Shown here: positions 60,450 through 64,000 of the stretch, piece after piece
Numbering within the stretch: the first letter of the stretch is position 1
Layout: the number at the start of each line of letters is the position of its first letter
Sequence record: SRR31156797_1515
DNA length: 64,000 bases
Reading direction: 5' to 3' (one strand)
Notes under the pieces: generated by a model
The model's database searches: none
Seen by the model: the letters and a program-made list of their open reading frames with translations, nothing else
Told to the model about the DNA's origin: nothing
Position numbers and translations under genes: made by a program

Positions 60450-61469
60450 ATGGAATTACAAAAAGCGTTGCAAGCAATTCGAACCAAGGAGTTGCAATCG
60501 ATTTATCTAGTCATCGGCAGTGAAATGTTTTTACAAGAGCAAGTTCGCACGGCCTTTTTGGAGCGTTTTTCCGTTGGGAAAGATGATCTGAATTTTGCTT
60601 CCTTTGACATGGAGAAAGATCCCCTTGATATGGTGATCCAAGAAGCTCAATCGTTGCCTTTTTTTGGCGATCAGCGATTACTTTTCGTTGAGCGGCCATT
60701 TTTCTTAACGGCTGAAAAAAAGAGCAATGCACCTGAGCATGACCTAGATGATTTTTTGAATTACATCAAAGACCCATTGGAATCATCGGTAATGGTGATT
60801 TTTGCAGATGTCGATAAATTAGATGAACGGAAAAAAATTACTAAGCAGCTGAAGAAAGCCGCAGTTGTGATTGATGTCGCACCTATGAAAGAAGCCGACG
60901 TGCGTCAGTATCTCCAACAGTCGTTGGCCAATGATGGCATCGAGATGAGCCGAGAGGCGTTTGATTTGTTTTTACGGTTAACGGATCTGCAACTATCAAA
61001 AGCGATGCAGGAGTTACAGAAACTACGATTGTATGCAGGAAACGGCAATAAAATCACGAAAGAGATCGTCTTGCAGTTGATCCCTAAGACGTTGGAACAT
61101 AATGTCTTTGAATTAACCAGTGATGTCTTAAAGGGGAACGTATCGGATGCGTTGCGCTTGTATGACGATCTATTATTGCAAGGGGAAGAGACGATCAAGA
61201 TCAATGCTATCTTGATCAGCCAAGTCCGTCTGCTGTTACAGGCGGCGATTTTGATGAAAATTGGCTACCAGCAAGCCAATATCGCAGAAACGTTGGGGAT
61301 TCATCCGTACCGAGTGAAGTTAGCGATGCAGCAAGCGCGAGGCTTTGGAGAAAAGCAATTAGCGGCGCTCTATAACGAATTGATCGAAAATGATTACTTA
61401 GTAAAAAGTGGCCAGATGGACAAAGAGTATTTGTTCCAGCTATTTGTTTTAAAACATGGCAAACAGTAA
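60450..61469 (+). CDS. holA: DNA polymerase III delta subunit
   Basis: SLPFFG, LDERKK, IHPYRVK; ATG 60450; promoter TAGACT-N17-TAGGAT at 60399-60427. Confidence 0.93.
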   Translation: MELQKALQAIRTKELQSIYLVIGSEMFLQEQVRTAFLERFSVGKDDLNFASFDMEKDPLDMVIQEAQSLPFFGDQRLLFVERPFFLTAEKKSNAPEHDLDDFLNYIKDPLESSVMVIFADVDKLDERKKITKQLKKAAVVIDVAPMKEADVRQYLQQSLANDGIEMSREAFDLFLRLTDLQLSKAMQELQKLRLYAGNGNKITKEIVLQLIPKTLEHNVFELTSDVLKGNVSDALRLYDDLLLQGEETIKINAILISQVRLLLQAAILMKIGYQQANIAETLGIHPYRVKLAMQQARGFGEKQLAALYNELIENDYLVKSGQMDKEYLFQLFVLKHGKQ

Positions 61470-61475
61470 GTCAAA

Positions 61476-61514
61476 AAGAAAGGCGCAGCAATCGATGATT
61501 GCTGCGCCTTTCTT
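61476..61514. terminator. Bidirectional terminator holA/rpsT
   Basis: Perfect 18-bp inverted repeat AAGAAAGGCGCAGCAATC/GATTGCTGCGCCTTTCTT. Confidence 0.85.
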
Positions 61515-61521
61515 AATTTGC

Positions 61522-61776
61522 TTATTTTGCAATTTTTTTACTTAAACGAGATTTGTCGCGACTAGCTTTGTTCTTGTGGATCAATCCTTTAGTCTCAGCC
61601 ATATCGATTGCTTTAACAGCATCTTTATATAACGCATCTACGTTATCAGCACCAGCTTCAACAGCTTGATCAAATTTTTTGATTGCTGTACGCATTGTGC
61701 TTACTTGAGATGAATTCTTAGCATTAGCCGCTTCGCTTGTGCGAACACGTTTGATTGCAGATTCAATGTTTGGCAT
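61522..61776 (-). CDS. rpsT: 30S ribosomal protein S20
   Basis: [10 protein letters not shown]...[26 protein letters not shown]. Confidence 0.97.
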   Translation of the reverse strand: MPNIESAIKRVRTSEAANAKNSSQVSTMRTAIKKFDQAVEAGADNVDALYKDAVKAIDMAETKGLIHKNKASRDKSRLSKKIAK

Positions 61777-61953
61777 GTATTTCACCTCCGAAAAAAAAGT
61801 TCAATTACGTTTAGAAAACGTATAAATCAACACTAGTCATTATACCTAATGCCAAGAGTGATTGCAATAAAAGTTGTAAAGAAATTTTACTTAACACAAA
61901 AATTTGTTTTTTGGCCGTGCTATTTTTTGCTTTATGGTTTTGAAAAATGCTTC

Positions 61954-62017
61954 TTTACACATTTTTTACTGAATAGTTATAAAAAGTTTACACAGAAAGA
62001 GCTTTCTATGCTATGAT
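61954..62017 (+). promoter_or_regulatory. Pho-box-like array and extended -10
   Basis: TTTACA/TTTACT/GTTATA/TTTACA at 61954, 61965, 61976, 61987 (11-bp period); TG-n-TATGAT at 62009-62017. Confidence 0.7.
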
Positions 62018-62048
62018 TACTTCGGAATTTTTAAATGGGGGAATCTAT

Positions 62049-63068
62049 GTGAATATCGCTTTGTTTCTAACGATTGTCTTGTCATTAGGGGTGATTTTCG
62101 TCAACGGGTGGACGGATGCGCCGAATGCTATTGCAACCGCTGTCTCCACGAGAGTCTTACGCCCGAATATCGCCATTGGCATGGCAGTCGTCATGAATTT
62201 CTTAGGTGTGCTGGTGATGACGTATTTTAATGCGCAAGTTGCAGAAACCATCAGTAATATTGTGACTTTTGACTCAGGCGGGAGTTTTCGGGTCTCACAG
62301 ATCGCATTAGCCGCTGCCTTGTTTTCAATTGTTGTTTGGACGGTCGCAGCTTGGTATTTTGGGATCCCAACCAGTGAATCTCACGCATTGATTGCGGGAT
62401 TGACAGGGGCTGCCATGGCTCTGGGTGGTTTACATGCAGTCAACGGTGAAGAATGGATGAAAGTCTTAATCGGTCTCGTTGTGTCTACGTTAATGGGGTT
62501 TATTGGTGGATTTTTGATCACGAAACTGATCGTATGGCTCTTTCGCGATACCCAACGGCGAAAAGCCAACAAAATTTTTACGGTTGGTCAAGCCATCGCG
62601 GCTGGTGCCAATGCCTTCTTGCATGGTGCCCAAGATGGACAAAAATTCATGGGTGTGTTCATGTTAGGCCTTTTTTACAACAATCTTGCTGAAAAGACCG
62701 GCAATGGCTTTGCCATCCCACTGTGGGTGATGGTTCTTTGTTCCTTGACCATGGGGATCGGTACATCGGTCGGTGGGATGAAGATCATTAAATCAGTGGG
62801 GATGGATATGGTAAAACTGGAAAAATACCAAGGATTTTCTGCAGATGTTACTGCAGCAATCTGTTTGTTCTTGTCTTCCGTATTTGGTATCCCAGTTTCA
62901 ACAACGCACACGAAAACGACCGCTATCATGGGCGTTGGAGCGTCTCGGCGTTTTTCTAGCGTTGATTGGCGCATTGTAAAAGAAATGATCTATGCTTGGA
63001 TTTTAACCTTTCCTGGCTGTGGATTGATTGCGTTTCTAATGGTCAAATTTTTATTGCTAATTTTGTGA
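62049..63068 (+). CDS. pit: Inorganic phosphate transporter, PiT family
   Basis: GWTDAPNAIAT, PTSESHA, HGAQDGQK, PVSTTH. Confidence 0.92.
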   Translation: MNIALFLTIVLSLGVIFVNGWTDAPNAIATAVSTRVLRPNIAIGMAVVMNFLGVLVMTYFNAQVAETISNIVTFDSGGSFRVSQIALAAALFSIVVWTVAAWYFGIPTSESHALIAGLTGAAMALGGLHAVNGEEWMKVLIGLVVSTLMGFIGGFLITKLIVWLFRDTQRRKANKIFTVGQAIAAGANAFLHGAQDGQKFMGVFMLGLFYNNLAEKTGNGFAIPLWVMVLCSLTMGIGTSVGGMKIIKSVGMDMVKLEKYQGFSADVTAAICLFLSSVFGIPVSTTHTKTTAIMGVGASRRFSSVDWRIVKEMIYAWILTFPGCGLIAFLMVKFLLLIL

Positions 63069-63080
63069 GGAGAGAAAGTA

Positions 63081-63704
63081 ATGGCACGAAAAAAAGGATT
63101 CGATTATTTTGCAGCAATGGAGCAGTTGGCGACGAACGGCCATTTAGCTGCCAAACGTTTTTCGCTTTTGATCAACGATTATTCTGAACGAGCATTGACC
63201 GAAGCAGCAGCTGAGATTCATGCTTTGGAAAAAGAAGGGGATAAAGTGATCGCTGAGCTAACCAATGAGTTATATGATTCATTTATCACCCCTATCGATC
63301 GCGAGGACATCCTAGTCATTTCAGAGCGTCTAGATGATATTTTGGATGGCATTATGGGACTGACTTATTTATTTGAGAATTTGGTCATTACGAAGATCCG
63401 CCCTGAAACCAACTTATTTGCTGGAATGATCGTTCAAGCGACACAAGGCGTTGAAACGGCCTTAAAAGAATTTCCTAAGTTCAAAAATTCAAAAACATTG
63501 CGTCAAATGATTAATGATGTGAATACGATTGAATCAGAAGCAGACCGTTTGTATTCAAAAATGAAAAAAGCGTTATTCACAGACGAAACGGACGTTCTTG
63601 AAATCATTAAATGGAAAGATGTTTATGATCGTTTTGAATCAATTATCAACGACACCGAAAGTGCGGTGGATATTATTGACGGTATGGTAATCAAAAACAC
63701 GTGA
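63081..63704 (+). CDS. DUF47 family PhoU-like phosphate transport regulator
   Basis: FITPIDREDI, LDDILD, IESEAD; downstream of pit. Confidence 0.9.
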   Translation: MARKKGFDYFAAMEQLATNGHLAAKRFSLLINDYSERALTEAAAEIHALEKEGDKVIAELTNELYDSFITPIDREDILVISERLDDILDGIMGLTYLFENLVITKIRPETNLFAGMIVQATQGVETALKEFPKFKNSKTLRQMINDVNTIESEADRLYSKMKKALFTDETDVLEIIKWKDVYDRFESIINDTESAVDIIDGMVIKNT

Positions 63705-63725
63705 GGAACTAGAGACCTTTCAAAC

Positions 63726-63776
63726 AAAAAAAGAGCAACTCTTGGGCAGGTAAGTGCCACAAGAGTTGCTCTTTTT
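63726..63776. terminator. Bidirectional terminator
   Basis: AAAAAGAGCAACTCTTG/CAAGAGTTGCTCTTTTT. Confidence 0.85.
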
Positions 63777-63778
63777 GC

Positions 63779-64000
63779 TTATAATTGGATCAGCCAATAG
63801 CCGATCAAAATGATTCCTAAAACGATACGATACCATCCAAATACGGTAAAATCGTTACGCTTGATGTAGTTCATCAAGAAACGGATCGCGATGATCGAAA
63901 CGATGAATGAGACGATGGTTCCTGTTAATAAGATGACGGTTCCTTGGAAATCAAAGGCATTGCCATCTTTCAAAAACTTGAAGATTTTCAAGGCACTGGC
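63779..64000 (-). CDS. uppP: Undecaprenyl-diphosphate phosphatase, C-terminal part (5' end outside the window)
   Basis: C-terminal [32 protein letters not shown] signature. Confidence 0.88.
   Translation of the reverse strand, partial: ASALKIFKFLKDGNAFDFQGTVILLTGTIVSFIVSIIAIRFLMNYIKRNDFTVFGWYRIVLGIILIGYWLIQL

Noticed and set aside
1-64000. CRISPR arrays, tRNA/rRNA genes, IS elements, prophage genes
   Set aside because: No regularly spaced repeats, RNA gene signatures, transposase, integrase or phage proteins were recognised.

Overview
Chromosomal window from a low-GC Gram-positive coccus, most likely an Enterococcus of the casseliflavus/gallinarum group (inferred from gene content and protein sequences, not proven). 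The core backbone runs pdhC(partial)-pdhD, a Met T-box-controlled metY, yktA-suhB-typA-rlmD, nfeD-floT, pyruvate oxidase, gpmA, comEA-EB-EC-holA, rpsT, pit-DUF47 and uppP(partial). Two accessory-looking blocks interrupt it. The first (12.1-29.1 kb, downstream of rlmD) holds PEPCK, a VOC protein, a prenyltransferase-repeat protein, a complete BceRS-BceAB-type module, a run of small detox-type genes including an unannotated pseudogene, and a LysR/lipoprotein-hydrolase module. The second (43.8-56.9 kb) holds a TPM protein, an OmpR-family two-component system divergent from a PASTA-less class B PBP plus a CAP-domain protein, and an AraC/orphan PTS-IIC/GH78 locus. No rRNA, tRNA, CRISPR array, transposase or integrase was recognised. 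The best candidates for something new are the TCS-PBP-CAP locus with a tandem TCACAA operator, an unannotated 42-aa basic protein behind a structured uORF-containing leader, and a branched RNA-like element between typA and rlmD. All family assignments come from motif recognition by eye; no searches were run.
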